A DNA stretch of 62,654 nucleotides, filler included, from Choristocarpus tenellus KU-1152 (GCA_964200185.2; 10 parts of 10 records of this genome joined end to end with filler, not necessarily neighbours in it), one strand, 5' to 3'. Positions 1-13,463 are shown, numbered from the whole stretch's first letter. A program made the numbers and translations. Notes: generated by a model not told the origin, from the sequence alone.

Positions 1-119
1 CTGGAACAAGGATATTGACATCTCCTAACAAACACGATGGTCCAAATTACATCAAAATTGCAACAATGGATTTTGGGCCCCAAATGGACGCAGCTCTACC
101 CTCTAAGATACTTTGACTC
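1..119 (-). mobile_element. MITE family 1, partial copy (cut by window start)
   Basis: Ends in terminal inverted repeat (TIR) ...TACCCTCTAAGATACTTTGACTC; internal sequence matches the reverse-oriented copies at 8650-8906 and 22250-22510. Confidence 0.9.
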
Positions 120-208
120 ATGTGTAGGAATGATAATAACCAAATATTAACTAAATAGTGAAGAAATACAAATATATCAAATCTAGAACTTCAAGGTCAT
201 GGTGGTGT

Positions 209-830
209 TTATGAAACCGCCATCAAGACATATCGCCTGTAACACTTCTTGTACCTCTCCCCGTCCACCATGGCTGCCACAAGCACCTTGGTGCCCTTGG
301 GGTGGTGTTTGCTGGAGCACTGAGTGACCTCCTCAGTGTCCATGATTGGCCAGAGCCCGATTTTCCCATTGAACCACACCCCGTTGGAATGTTTCCTGGG
401 ACGGGCCTCAGCTACAAGGAACATCACCTTTGTAATATAATGCTTATTCTGTACCCATAAGGGTTAGGAAGGGTCCTCAGTGGGGTACAGGTACATATAT
501 ACCTTGCCCATCTTTGAGGATGTAAAACCACTTCTCGTCCACACGCATGCAGTCACATAGATCGTCCACTGATACCCGACGCCCCCCCCTCCTGTGTGTG
601 TGACTGATGAAAAAACCAACCTTATTGACTTTCTGCTGATCTGAGAGGACTGACTTGATCCACTGCTTGACCTTCACCTTCTTGCACTTGAACAGATCCC
701 AAAACGAGGAAAGGGAGACAATAGCTTTGACTGCCCATTTGCAGAAAGGTATGCAGTGTAGCAATGGGGCATCCCAAACAAAAGGGTACTTCCACAGCAG
801 CCACATCGCCCCTTTTGATGTCATACAAGG
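209..830 (-). pseudogene. Degenerate plant-type (DD39D-like) mariner transposase fragment
   Basis: Motifs VDEKWFY, (K)VMFLVAEARP and WFNGKIGLWP spread over shifted frames. Confidence 0.8.
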
Positions 831-1019
831 TCCATGCTTTCACCCCATGCAATCTGACTGTCACACTCCTTCAGATGGGGGAACACGGTGATTCGTGAAA
901 TTCTGAAGTCCTCCGTGATCGCCACTGCTGTCCCCCAAGGATCTGAATTTCGCGCCCTCTCTCGCCTCCAGACATTGAACCACCATGCTTTTCTTCATAT
1001 CTGCAACACCTAAGCAGCA

Positions 1020-1570
1020 GTGGAATGCCTGGGCACCATTCAGACATTCATCACCCTAGGTGCCTATCACAACTGGTTGATGCCTCATCAGATGGATGCC
1101 AAATCTGCACTCTTTCAAAGTGCCCTGTCCAATAAAATGTTTCCCAAGCCCACACGCTTTTTTCTTAGTTTAATACAAGGGGTCAGCCCTTGTTCTACTG
1201 TCTTCACAAGGATGTATGACCTTCACCAAGCTCTACATGCACGGCATCATACATTTACCTAACCTTCGCCTCCCTTAGGCTCTCCCCTCGCGTTGCTGAT
1301 CCCTGAGTTACACCAGAGGGGAGGGTTATTTAATTCTAGCTGAAGATGCTGACGATATGGGCATCCATTGACTCCACCACATACTACAACACCACCTTGA
1401 AAAAAAGGACATTCAGCATGCTGACTGGATACCAGGGCTTCAAGTGCTCCATTATCTGGACAGGCACGAAATTCAGTCCAATAAACAACTCTACATTGCC
1501 ACCATCCTTCATAAGTTTGGCATTATGGAGTGCAACCCCTCATCCATACCCTTTGACCCTTGTGAGCTTC
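1020..1570 (+). mobile_element. Ty1/Copia reverse transcriptase remnant
   Basis: LGAYHNW..HQMDAKSALFQ resembles Copia HQMDVKTAFL; YIATILHKFGIMECNPSSIP resembles YI..ILERFGM.DC.P..TP; frameshifted. Confidence 0.65.
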
Positions 1571-2279
1571 AACCTCTCCTGGACTCACTACTGTCCGCCA
1601 GTGTTGAAGAAGGCACCTATACCAGATCCTGGTCGGTAGCCTGCTCTACCTCTCCATCTGCACTTGCCCCGATGTCACCCATACTGTCATGCAATTCACT
1701 ATGGCTGCCCCATCTTGCCCTTACCTGACTGCCATGGAGCGTGTCAGGCACCACTTCTGGGGTGCACCCACACTTGCTCTTCACTGTTCCACTAGTCAGT
1801 TCAACTCTACTGCTACGAGGGCATGCTAATGCTTGCCATAGCAGTGACTCCAAGTCCTTCAGGTTGATATTTGGCTACGTTTCATCCTCAACAGAAGGCC
1901 CGCCACCTGATCGAATGAGGTACAATGTATGGTTGTTCTCTCCAGCTTGGAAGGGGATACCCATGCACTAAGGTATGATGACCAAGAGGTTCATCACCTT
2001 TGAGTTCACCACCATCAATGGTGGGTTGAAGATATCGACGGTCTTTCTTGAGTAGAGTCAAGAAACATTTTCTTGCCAGCAACTTGGCCTGGAACCCCTG
2101 CATCATATATGTTGTTCACCTTGCCTTCCTGAAGGAAATGTCCAACATGGTCGTCCACATCACTGTGAACGATTTGAGAGGCTCTGTCGCCAATTCCTTA
2201 ATCCACCAACTCTTTTAACACCTTAATCCCACTACTCCTCCCCACAGCTTTTTTCCTCTCCTTCCACCTTTCCTGTGGT

Positions 2280-3230
2280 CAATTGACATTCCCCATCCTC
2301 GTAATTCTTGGAGTTAACCAAGGGTGTGCACTTGCATCCTTCATGTTCAACCTCTTTTCTTCTACACTCCTTCCTGTGTCAATTGAGAGGTTCAGTACTG
2401 AAGGGGGTGCCCTGAAAAACTTTCGTTTACAGGGGAACAGAAGAGATGCCAGACCATTGGGGAAGGGATCAAGGACATACATTTGATAGCAGGTACTCCT
2501 GTGGTACATAATGCATGTGCGATGATGTAGGCATTGTGCCAAGGCCCCAAAGGAGAGCTTGACCAAGACGATGACGTGATTATCATTTTGGGGAGGGTAT
2601 TTGAGTCGATATGTGAGAGAAACAGAAGAAGGGGATCAGGTGTCTCCTAGTCCATGAGGCAGCAGAACAATACAGATTGAACTGCAGGGCAACAGTGCAC
2701 GCATACCGACAAGGTTCTCCGCCTCAGAGGATCAGCCCATGACTATGATCATATTGGCACGAGTTAGATCCACCAGTGCATTCAACAGACATGGGGGTGC
2801 TTCATCAAGTACAGTAAGGAATTCCAAAACTGAGCAGTTGGTTGTAACACTTGAGCTGAAGATTTGGATGTTCAAGGCCGATGTACTCAAGGCTCTGGTG
2901 TATAGTGCATGACATGTGCACTCAATGACCGCCACACCCAGTTTCGAATTCAAGAACACAAGTTCCTTATTGAGCTCTGCATCATGCTCTACAAACTGAA
3001 AAACACAAGTGGATCACCCCCGTCATAAAGGGATGTATTACTGACAACTGGGCATGAGAGCATTAAGGCAACTACACGCAAATGGAGGGTCTTGTTTGCA
3101 GGTTTCGTGCAGCACATATTGACAATGATCGCATGCCAAAGAACTTGATGTTTGAAAAAGTTGCACCTGAGAAGCTGCAGGAATGATGGGAGGACTGGAA
3201 AAAAAGCAGTTGGTTGTTCTTTTGAAGATG
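2280..3230 (+). mobile_element. Degenerate RTE-like LINE (RT and C-terminal region)
   Basis: GVNQGCALASFMFNLF resembles GLRQGCVLAPLLFNIF; later LELKIWMFKADVLKALVYS resembles LELKIRMLKAEV..LLYG; many stops. Confidence 0.7.
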
Positions 3231-3989
3231 GCCTTAATGTTGGGTTGGGAATAATGGCGTCTGGGCTTGAAACTCTCCTCTTTTGTTGTTGGTGGATTTA
3301 TGGGACTAGAACTGATTGTCCGATGCGATAAACTACTAAGAGTGGATATATCCCCCTCCTTTGATCGTAGTTGATGCATCATAATGCCATAATGCTCAAT
3401 CCGATTACCACATTTTAGGCTGGAGATATCAGGAATTTCCCAGTGTCTTTACACAACCCGGGAATTCTCACCAATGCATACGCATAACTCGAATACCCCC
3501 TATCACTTACAAGCCAGACCAACCAAAGACTGACAGTGCTTGGCTCGCTCGTGTTTCTCTTGCTACAATTGTGATCACCTCTCTCTTCATTGGAAGCAAG
3601 ATCAAGCACTCATCGTCATGGACTTAGTCTGTCATGATATGAAATAAGTGTGACCCCAGTGCTGCCCATAGCAGAGTCAATGAGCTTATCTACAAGCAGA
3701 GTGTGCACTATAGTAAAGTTGATCGCTTATGCCTTTTCAAAAAAAATTCTGCATGAAAGATATCATAAACCTGCTTTTCTTGAAATGACCTTGTGCAATC
3801 TTTTTCTTTATATGATTCTAATTTCTCCGTAAAATGTAGTATGTTGGTGATTGAATATAGTAGTATCCTCGCCGCCCAATCACAACCATTACATTGTTTC
3901 AGAATGTTCTGATAATAAATTTTCTGGTGACACAAAATTGCTACAACCAAACTGCATATATTTACGTATGGGATTTGGATGTCTTGAAT

Positions 3990-4170
3990 CACAAACTGAA
4001 TAATAAAGTAGGTTGCGCAAACAACTCTAATGGACATGATTGACAACTTCAACAAGGATTGTCTTATGATTCTGATCGACTTTGCTCTTTCTCTGACACT
4101 CAAGCGCACAGTGGAATCACTACAGGCAACCCTCTGGGGTTATAAAAAAACTGCAAACGCTTCTTCTTCT
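3990..4170 (+). pseudogene. Possible Sola2/Sola3-like transposase fragment (first catalytic Asp region)
   Basis: VAQTTLMDMIDNF..CLMILIDFALSLTLKRTVESLQATLWG resembles the DF(A/S)ENY..Q..HW block; short, judged by eye. Confidence 0.4.
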
Positions 4171-6138
4171 TTGTATCCCATTATGTATCACCACTACAGT
4201 GCTAAATTTACAAGAATTTTCTTTCCCATCATTTGACAGTTGTCATCGTCTTGAATTGTCAACAAATCAGTCGAGAATAATCTTGTACGGCATTTACTAC
4301 TCTAAATATGTTTTGTCCTCCTTGCTTGGCTAATTGTAGCATTCGATTATGCAATTCCATACTTCAAAGTAGTCCTTTTTGTGGATGTCGATTAACTCAA
4401 ATTGACCTCCAGTCCAAAGTCTCGGCACTTATTCTAGATGTAGTGAGCTCTACAGGTCACACTACACCATTTAACTCACCAGTTCTTGTAAAATATCACA
4501 AGGGTGGCCATATGAGACTATTTCTACTACCTACCAGTCCATTTCATCTCCCCTCACCCCCTCAAAATATCCCAACACTCTGTTGCCTTGCTCAATTGTC
4601 TTTGGCAACACCATCAGACCCAAAATAGAGAGCACACTTACACAGTTTACCTAATTAACTCCCTTTCACTCACCTACTAAGTACCATGTCCCTTTCCACC
4701 CTCTTTCCAAACATCACAATAGGTCATCACAGTCCCCACTGCAAACAAAAGATCCACATCATAATACATCTGTACAGTATTTTTCAAGTATCAAGAATGA
4801 CCACACTTCGTACAGTTGTGCCCTGCTGTACAGGGATGTTCGACACGAACGTGTTCTCTCCAGCACCATCCTGCAAGCCAGAAGTTTTCCCAGAAGATTT
4901 GCGTCGTTGGTTCTTACCCTGGATCCAATCCCACACATGAAGGCAAAAACAATGCAAAAATATTCATTTTCGAGTGAACAACACAGTAGTTGATCAATAG
5001 TGCATATAAGAGTAGTGCACATGTCAACAAATGCAATAACAAGTGGAATAAGTGCTTGCTCAGGCATGCTTCACATTGCATTGCAGTTCCCATGGAAACC
5101 CAAACACACATTGCATCTGGTCAATGGTAAAGGCAACCTTGGACAGCACACACGATAAATCCCCTCTCCACCTGTATATGTTGGCATCATGCATCACCTC
5201 GTACTCCCTGCTCACCTCGCTCTGTGGTACACGGTCTGAGTCCACATCATCCTCCACAGAAAAGACTTCCCCTACATCCCTATTAACAGCATTTCGACGC
5301 CGCCTCTTTCTCCCAGTCCTCTCCCGTCCCCCTCCATCCCTGCCTTTACCACCACCACCATTGACAACATCCCTGGAATCCCAGTGTGGAGAGGAGAACA
5401 TTGTAAGTCATTGCGTCAGCAGCTATATATATGCACAGGGGGATGGGCACGAACGTTTGGTGAAGGATATCTCCAGTTGCATCGATTACAATCACAAGTC
5501 AGGGAAGCCAACATACAACCCACCGACATAAGCACAAAGCATCAACAGCAAATGAACCTTCTTGTCCTAAGGGCTCTTATCTACAGCAGCATGAAATAAC
5601 AAAAGGTTTAATTGAAGTGATTAGTGTACCTTTATGACAGGAAGGTATTCCCAACTGTTTCCTGTATACAACTCATCACAACAATTACTCTGTAGTAACA
5701 GAGCACCTTGCCCATTTTCCACTCGTGTGTATTACTTTTAACTAAAACTTCGTACAGTGCTTCCACCAAACAGACAATGATGACTTGGACTAGACTTTCT
5801 CAAGACTACACAAAACATGCCTCCAATGTAATATAAGAGCCCCCTGCATTTCTGATCAAGAGTTCTCAATTGGCACGGTGTCCCACACTCACATGCTACC
5901 TGCTGCAGCAGCAGCTCTCACAGATACTGGTGGCCTCCCCCTGTGCACTACTGGACCCTGAGGCTTAGCAGGAGTGTCAGGTCTCTCTTCCAGGATGTCC
6001 TGATTTTCTGCTGGACGAATCAGGACACGTACCTCAGATGTTTTGAGGCATGTGCACGTGTGCATGGGGGGGGGGGGGGGCTTTCTAACGGGGGTTGGTT
6101 TTGGGTGGTGTTGGGGGAGAGAGCCGATCCCGGTCTTC

Positions 6139-6238
6139 NNNNNNNNNNNNNNNNNNNNNNNNNNNNNNNNNNNNNNNNNNNNTTAATTAATTAANNNNNN
6201 NNNNNNNNNNNNNNNNNNNNNNNNNNNNNNNNNNNNNN
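6139..6238. other. Artificial contig linker (N44-TTAATTAATTAA-N44)
   Basis: Same 100-nt spacer with stops in all frames also at 10816-10915, 22934-23033, 29427-29526, 36149-36248, 38813-38912, 42096-42195, 45561-45660, 53004-53103. Confidence 0.99.
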
Positions 6239-6335
6239 CCCGCTCCTCTTCCTCCTACCATGTGGGTAGCCAGCTCATTCAGTAAGCTTTCCGCTTGCTT
6301 GCCAAGGCGCCCAAAACCTTCCACCGCAAAGGTGT
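6239..6335 (-). mobile_element. C-terminal fragment of an RLE-type (CRE-like) non-LTR retrotransposon
   Basis: TFAVEGFGRLGKQAESLLNELATHMVGG matches the FAVE.FGRLG..A motif. Confidence 0.55.
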
Positions 6336-6879
6336 TGTTTACTACCTTGTATTGTACTAAACTAAAGATCAACGTACATATTAGCTATGTTGTTTACTTG
6401 GATCAGCACAGATAACGTAAGGTAACACTAGCTTATTCGACACCCGAATGCAGGGCATATTCCCCACGGTTTATCTCAAACCACACTCTACAATCATGTC
6501 CAGAGGTTAAACGTACAATGACTCTGCTACAGCACGCTCCATAGCCTACCTTCACAGGATGTATAGCTCCAATCTACATGCCTACAGTTGGTGCTGATGC
6601 ACGTACGGGACTCCTGATGCACAAGTCTCCAAGTATGTTGGATCTCTCACTTGGACTTCCCTTCATAAGTTCAATATCATTGTATAAAGGGAGCTGGTCA
6701 AAGATGTTTCATCTCTGTTGAGCATCATAGTGACCAAAAAAATGAATAAAAAGTAGTCAAGAAGTACAAATATATAAATCTAGGACTTCATGGTCATAAT
6801 GGCGTTTATGAAACCGCCATCAAGACATACCGCTTGTAACATGCCCCCCTAGCATGAAGCATAACTGCTTCAATGCGAA

Positions 6880-7640
6880 GAACAGACGATTGGACAAGGT
6901 AATTAAATGTCACTCCTTATCCTGTCATGAACGTAGCAGAAATGAAAGGAATGTCACTTCCAGGTCCTAACATATCAGTAGGCAGCGTTGGGGATCCAGT
7001 GAAGGAGGAAACCCGGAGGAGTAACGTCCTTCCAACATTTGCCCTGGCGAGAGATATGCGAGCGTGACACCCACACCTCATGTCACTCACTCTGCATTTG
7101 ACTCAAAGCTCAAGAGAAAACCTCCTACACCACCAGAGGCTCACACTCGTGTCAATAATAGGTTACTATCTAAAGGATTCTCCCCATTTCAAAACCATGG
7201 AACACCAAGAAATGCAGACGAAAAAATAATATCCCACAATCACAGAGAAAGAGGGTGCTGCCATGGAAAGGCTTACCCTCCCTAGGAACTATGAATGTAT
7301 AACAAATAAAGACAAATCTCTAACAGTATAATCAAAACAGGGAGTGTCTAGCAAGACTCTCCCCCCTAGCAACTATCAACACAAATGCAGACACAAAATC
7401 ATTGTAGCACTGGACTGGGGTACTGCCATAGACTTTTCCCTTCAGAAATAAAACCACAAACGACTACAGGATACCAATACAATGCCTCACAGTCACAGAG
7501 AAAAAGGGTGCCCATGGAAGGCTTACCGTCCCTAGGAACTATAAACACATAAAAAAATATGAAGACAATTGTCTTACAATATCGAAAAATAGGGAGTGTC
7601 ATAGCAAGACTCTCCCCTTCACAACTATCATCACAAATAA
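6880..7640. repeat. Dispersed non-coding repeat with an internal duplication of ~250-bp period
   Basis: 7236-7387 resembles 7489-7638; 6887-6973 has an inverted diverged match at ~20440-20527, and 7340-7365 at ~19860-19893. Confidence 0.7.
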
Positions 7641-8649
7641 AAAGAGAAAAAAATGTGTACGATCTGAAATAGGAAATGTCACAGCAAGACTGCTGACACT
7701 GGTTAGAGGACAAAAGCAGACATGCTATTCGCCTGTAACATGCCCCACAGCGTGAATTACGTGTACATGTTTCACGCTTAGCACAGGTGATTGTCATGTG
7801 TTAAGACAATAGATTTCATCTATCAACTCAATCGTGCTGCAGCAGCATGTATTGGTTGTCATTGGATGACAGAGGGACTCCAGTTCCAAATAGCCAGTTG
7901 TTTCTAACATAGGGACTCTAAATGGGTTTCACAGGGACTGCAGTTCAAACTTAGCCAATTGTTTCCAACACAGAGATTCAATTCCAAATCAACGAGTTAT
8001 TTCTAACAATGATCAACATATCTCCTTGTTTCTTTTGGGGATGAATCTCCAGAAGTCATAAGACAGGGTCAGAGTCAATCAATGTATGTTTGTCCAAATG
8101 AGATTATACATTTCTATAAAACAATATAAACTCCAACTAGGTCCAAAATAGATCAACAGATATCCGTGTTTTCCTTGGGAGAAACTGTCCGAAGGTTCAC
8201 AGAATTCCACCAAACCGAGTGTAAGGAATGTAAAAATGCGCTCCCGCATCAACAAAGTCCGACCTCCCTAACACAAGACGTCCGTGGAAGCATGTACCGG
8301 ATTGATGAAGGAGAAGGTGACTCATTAATACGAATATATAATGTAGCTCGTCCAAATCATGCACAGCCCTCAGTGATGGTTCTGGGAGGACGTAGGCCTT
8401 AGTATCCTTCTCCTCATTCCTACGCTTCTCCTGGCGAACCATCCGCCCGCGGTGTTGGATGAGATGCTGGGCTGCAGCCTCATTACGGTATCTCTTCTCC
8501 TTCTCCCAACGTTCTTCGATCCCCCCCTCAATCTTGTCCTCTGTCATGTACGACCTCAGTTCTTGCCATTGTCTCGTAGGTAACACACATAGTAGATGTA
8601 TGCCCCTGAATTGTCCATGTCAACGTCGTGGACCTCCCCCCATACAATA

Positions 8650-8906
8650 GAGTTGAAGTACCTTAGAGGGTACGAGTTTTTCCCTTTTTGTCCTTTTGGG
8701 GCTTGACTCCCCACGTCGCTTTATGACATTTTCCTACCCTGAAATGTTTTGGAGTAGGTAGAATGTTGATGCTCTGAAATGGTGTGTCCTGAACAAGGAT
8801 ATCGACACTTCCTAACAAACATGATAGCCAAAATTTCATCAGAATCACAACATTGGATTTTGGTCCCCAAACGGACGCGGTTTTACCCTCTAAGATACTT
8901 TGGCTC
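8650..8906 (-). mobile_element. MITE family 1, full copy, TSD ATA
   Basis: GAGTTGAAGTACCTTAGAGGGTA...TACCCTCTAAGATACTTTGGCTC flanked by ata/ata. Confidence 0.92.
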
Positions 8907-9049
8907 ATAGCACCCCCACTCGCACATAGGATAAAGCCGGTGCCAAGGCCGAACTTGACATCGGATGTGTCTCCAAGCCTGAGTTGCCTTGAGAAGCGAG
9001 CAGGTATCCCACCGAGGGATTGCCGGTTGGATTCTGAACTGAACCTCTG

Positions 9050-9160
9050 GTATTGATCAGTCAGGATGGTGAACGTGTTGTCCAGGTCGTTGTGGTGAAG
9101 GTTTGTGAAGTCAGGGATTAGGATAGCCTGAAGGGGGACGGACGACGTGGGGACCTAGTT
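9050..9160 (-). mobile_element. Ty3/Gypsy RT-RNaseH junction remnant
   Basis: QAILIPDFTN..DNTFTILT resembles PIL.LPDF..PF.I.TD. Confidence 0.4.
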
Positions 9161-9712
9161 ATGCATCCTGCAGCGCCATGGTGATATATGTTGTTAGGGT
9201 TAGGTTGATGGGGGTAACTGTTTGGATGTTTGTGTAAGACAGTGTCGTTGTGTTGGACATGTGTTGTTTGCGGTCCTTGACAAGAACCGAAAAAATTTAC
9301 AACATTGATTTCTGAAGGGAGAGAAATATACAGAAGACAATTGTAGTCCGAACATTGTTTTTAGAAATTCTGTGGAAGTTCTCGAGTGTGGTAGTAACGT
9401 AGAGGAACGCACACAAACAAAACAATGATGCTCAGAATATGAGTTATTTTTTGTTCAACATTCCCGAAAATGTTGTTGTAGACAAAGACACATCTTTGTA
9501 TATGAGAAGATAAGATCGTTCCGTAAGTAATAACCCTTTAGAACATGGTGTGGCTCACCCTGTCTGTCAGGGACATGCAAACTGCCTGCACTCCATCAAC
9601 GAAGCTGCCACTCAACACCTCGAAGTCTTCAATGACAAAGACCACCTCATTGCCAGCACTGAACATCCCTTCATAGCTAGAACGGTCCCTTGCGTTTCAC
9701 TGAACTGTTCCC

Positions 9713-10815
9713 TTACAGTGCATAAGTGAATGGCAAGAACTCCAGTCCATTGAACTCCAATGGCTCCATTTGCACAACGCAAATATTCCCCACCACGAAC
9801 TGCCTCTTCTTTCTGGAGAGGTGACTCCTCAGGTACATGTCGCCTACCTGGTCCTCAGCAGAAAATCCGAGGTATATCTCTTTCAACGTGGCCACGTGGG
9901 TTAGTAGTTGCCACCTACAGTTGGCGAGGTTGCCGATGGAACAGTTCGTGCAGTAGCATGACATCTTCTCGGTGTATATCGATTGAAATCTCGGTGTACA
10001 TCAATGTACAAGGGTTGCCATTGTTGTGTCGACGAATGGAGAACCTGTGCATGAACTTTATGCCACTGAAGTTCTGGACACATTGATCATGTTGTCCCGA
10101 ACGGTCGATCTTGTAAACCGCAAGGTGAATAATCTCCTGGCTTCTGAATGTGTCATTCTGGAGATGTTTCGCGAACGTGGTACTGTGTAGTCTGGCCTCG
10201 CTATCTGCCCAGTCCTAAAGGGGGTACGATGTCAGTGTGAGTCAGGAAACAAGAGGTATATGTTGGTCTCTGTTAGTACGCTAGCAGCATATTGTGAACA
10301 ATCCGATGCGATGCATGCATTAGAGAGAGGGTATCGAACTAATTGTTGAAACAAGTAGTGATACCAGCGCAGGGCGGTAATATGTAAAACTCCATACTGT
10401 GTTGTTTTGGGTGTATATGTGGCGTTTGGCGGAAGAGATGCATAATTTGATGGGATGAGTGTATTGAAACTGGGCAGACTGGATTGTTTGAGATGTGCAT
10501 ATAGACGATTCCCCCGCTCTGTGCTTTCTCACTATAAGGATAGGCACGACTGTAACATAATTTTTTCCGATGCCCGATGTGTTTAATCTAGTCGTGGGCA
10601 AGGGGGTCTGTCGTTGAAAGAAGTAGAGGCGAAAAGTGCGAATATGAGGAGTGTGTGTATGGAGGGCACTGACCTTGGTCACGATTTTCTGTCCAGGAGG
10701 AACCTTGCGCCACTGAAAAGTCTTTCTCCAGTGTCAGATCCCTCAACGTGTACTGTGTATTCGTCGCCTTGATTGTCTCCACCAGGGATGAGGTTCCCGG
10801 CATCCGTACCCTGTC
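9713..10815 (-). pseudogene. Sola2-like transposase, C-terminal half, probably spliced, frameshifted
   Basis: ETIKAT..., then DWADSE...FSGIKFMHRF...YTEKMSCYCTNCSIGNLANC, which resembles the G...H...SCxCxxC tail; frame is restored by removing a 22-nt insertion that duplicates TACACCGAGA. Confidence 0.5.
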
Positions 10816-10915
10816 NNNNNNNNNNNNNNNNNNNNNNNNNNNNNNNNNNNNNNNNNNNNTTAATTAATTAANNNNNNNNNNNNNNNNNNNNNNNNNNNNN
10901 NNNNNNNNNNNNNNN

Positions 10916-11089
10916 CTTTTGTTAGGAAGTGTCAATATCCATGTTCCTGACACACCTTTTCCTAACATGCACACTTTACCTACTCCTAAGCATTTTGGAG
11001 TAGGAAAATGTCACTAAAGAACTCATGAGAAGCCAGGCCCCAAATGGACAAACAAGGCAAAACTCGTACCCTCTAAGATACTTTCACTC
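10916..11089 (+). mobile_element. MITE family 1, partial copy at contig start
   Basis: Ends TACCCTCTAAGATACTTTCACTC; internal match to 14198-14455. Confidence 0.9.
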
Positions 11090-11399
11090 CCATGTGTATT
11101 AACTTGGTGCTACAATGTTAGATGTGATCAAGTTTGTCGCACGCATAGCAACCTTCTCGTGGTTTACCTTATCCACATTCCGTCTAAAAATTAGGACCTG
11201 GGTCCGATCTGACGTTGAACCCTTGCTCTCTCTGGCTGAAGGTCTTTTTATCTCGACCTGATAATGATACCATTCTCCTGCAAAGTCCTGTCCTTGTCGC
11301 TGGATTCAGGAAAAGCTACCACCATGAATAACTTCATTACGACAGAGTCCACAGGATCTTGGAAGTGAGGTTTGGGTCAGGGATCTCCACTTCAATAAA

Positions 11400-12300
11400 A
11401 GCCAGGTGCATAGTCAAGGTCTCCATCTGAGTCAACCAAGTAGGGTACTGGGTTGTCTCCCTCCCAAAGCACAAGCTTGTCCAAGCTGAGATGAACCTTT
11501 CTCTTCTCTTGCCTGGTCCTTAGGATATAGTTGCTTAATAGGTCGCCGCTGGGTGACCCCACCCTGTTCAGAATCAACGCTTGACAGTCCCCAAAACAGC
11601 ATATACGTTTGAGAAACGACCGAGTCTTCTCCGAAATGTGTCGTTCACTTTGTGTCTCATTGATTATTTCACCGCTACACGTAATACCTACTGCAGCAGG
11701 CACTCGCCCTTCGCCACCACTGTGCTCCTTCCTATGACTGTCCATTATGATCAATGACCCTCTCTCCTACCACCGAATCCACCTCAAGTAACACTTGCCT
11801 TGGCCAAGACGGTACGTCACCACAAGAATCACGGTCCCCTTTAGTCTAGCACGTTCAATGACCCCTGGGTGATGATACTACATGATGGGTATGTTTCCTC
11901 CAATGATATGTTGGACTATTTATTAGGAGTATGCGTAGGTGGTTTATCTCTACACTAGATTAGATGGACAAGCCAGGAGAAGATGAAATGCATATCTCCC
12001 ACCATTCACGCACGCATGGATCCGCATATCTGGGTGTACATGTCGAGGATATACCTTCAGCAGAGGCGCAATAACAAGCAATATAACAATACTGATGGGT
12101 GATGAGACCAAAATACGAATCTGGGATAAGGTCTGTTTCAAACTGTGGATTGCTGTCACTGATGGTTCACTACTCCAAACAGTCTTCACCCTCCCACTGG
12201 TGGTGTCTATGTGTGTCCCAGACCCTATTCCCAACACACACGTCTCTTCTTCCTGCAGAAAAGTGTCTAGCGCATAACTTACCCGACCTACTTTCCCTGT
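11400..12300 (-). mobile_element. Copia integrase-region remnant
   Basis: HVHPDMRIHACVNGGRYAFHL resembles VH.D..GP....GG.RY; heavily decayed. Confidence 0.4.
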
Positions 12301-13463
12301 TTTTTTGCGTAGATGATTTTGGCATTATAGATAACTCGATGTATTTTAACATTAGACCATAATCAGGAAGAAAAGTTACCTATTTTCCTCAAATTAGTAT
12401 TTGTCTTACATCTTATCCCGAAATAATAACCCCGACCAACCACAAAAATGGAGCCATATCGACCAGTTCACACAATATTTTAACACAAAATGACAGTTAC
12501 ATTATGTGTTATTGGTTCTATTATATAGTGACGTTTCATTGGTTATTGTGGAAGAATTGTTGAATCCACAATTTTGTAGAGGAACCTAACGAACTAGAGA
12601 CCTAGGCCACTCAAAAAGAGGGAGACACACACCGTACTGGACAAGGAACGGCAACACAGAAAGGACTATCGTTTCATCAGAGACATTAGGTTTTGCCTCT
12701 CACACAGTCAACGCTTACCAAGCAAGCACGCATAATCAAGACCTATGCCAAAAGTCTGGGCTGTGCTCTTCGCCATTCTATGGCTTCTCCACTTTCAAGG
12801 GTGGCCCTACAGCTGGCTGCTAACTATGATGACCGGTCAAGGGGTACGAAGACAATATAAATACTGTTAACACATCACCAGGATACTCAACGCTCGTCCC
12901 ATCCCTTGCCCACTAACATGATTTTGCCGTGCATTTCATTTGTCGCATGCGTTACCTCGATGGAAGAGCAGTTCGTTACCATGGCAAACATAGTTGAGGT
13001 CCTCCTTTCCAACGCCTCAAATGCTCTGGATCGACTTTCCATGTCGTCTGGGGACGTCAAGAACGACCCCCTCATAAAAATTACCATCAATCATGTGAGT
13101 ACCCCCGCGCGCACACACAGAGGTCCCACCACTGTATGCAATTGACACGACACAGACTCTAAAATAGTAATTTCGAAATATATGTGAAGGCAAGGAGACT
13201 ACTATACAGACCACCTCTCGGTTATTTTCAAACCAGCACTAGAATTGAGTTCCCAACTACTCTACAAATAGAGTCGAGCAGTCGATTTTTTGGGGGGTGT
13301 GTCACACACATCTTCCTATGCGCCGCACCTCCAGACTTACTCCTACTCCCATTCATTTCCCCCCTTTTGCCCATCGAAAAGCTACTTCCAATGACAGTGG
13401 TTTCCTTGTATAGGTTACTTTTAGCTGGTCGATCGCAACAACTCAGATCAGGTCGTTGGAACC

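Noticed and set aside
4900-5530. Cys-containing ORF fragments
   Set aside because: Interrupted and unassignable; probably TE debris.
6139-6238. Recurring TTAATTAATTAA motif as a biological repeat
   Set aside because: Always centred in an N-padded 100-nt spacer; it is an assembly linker.
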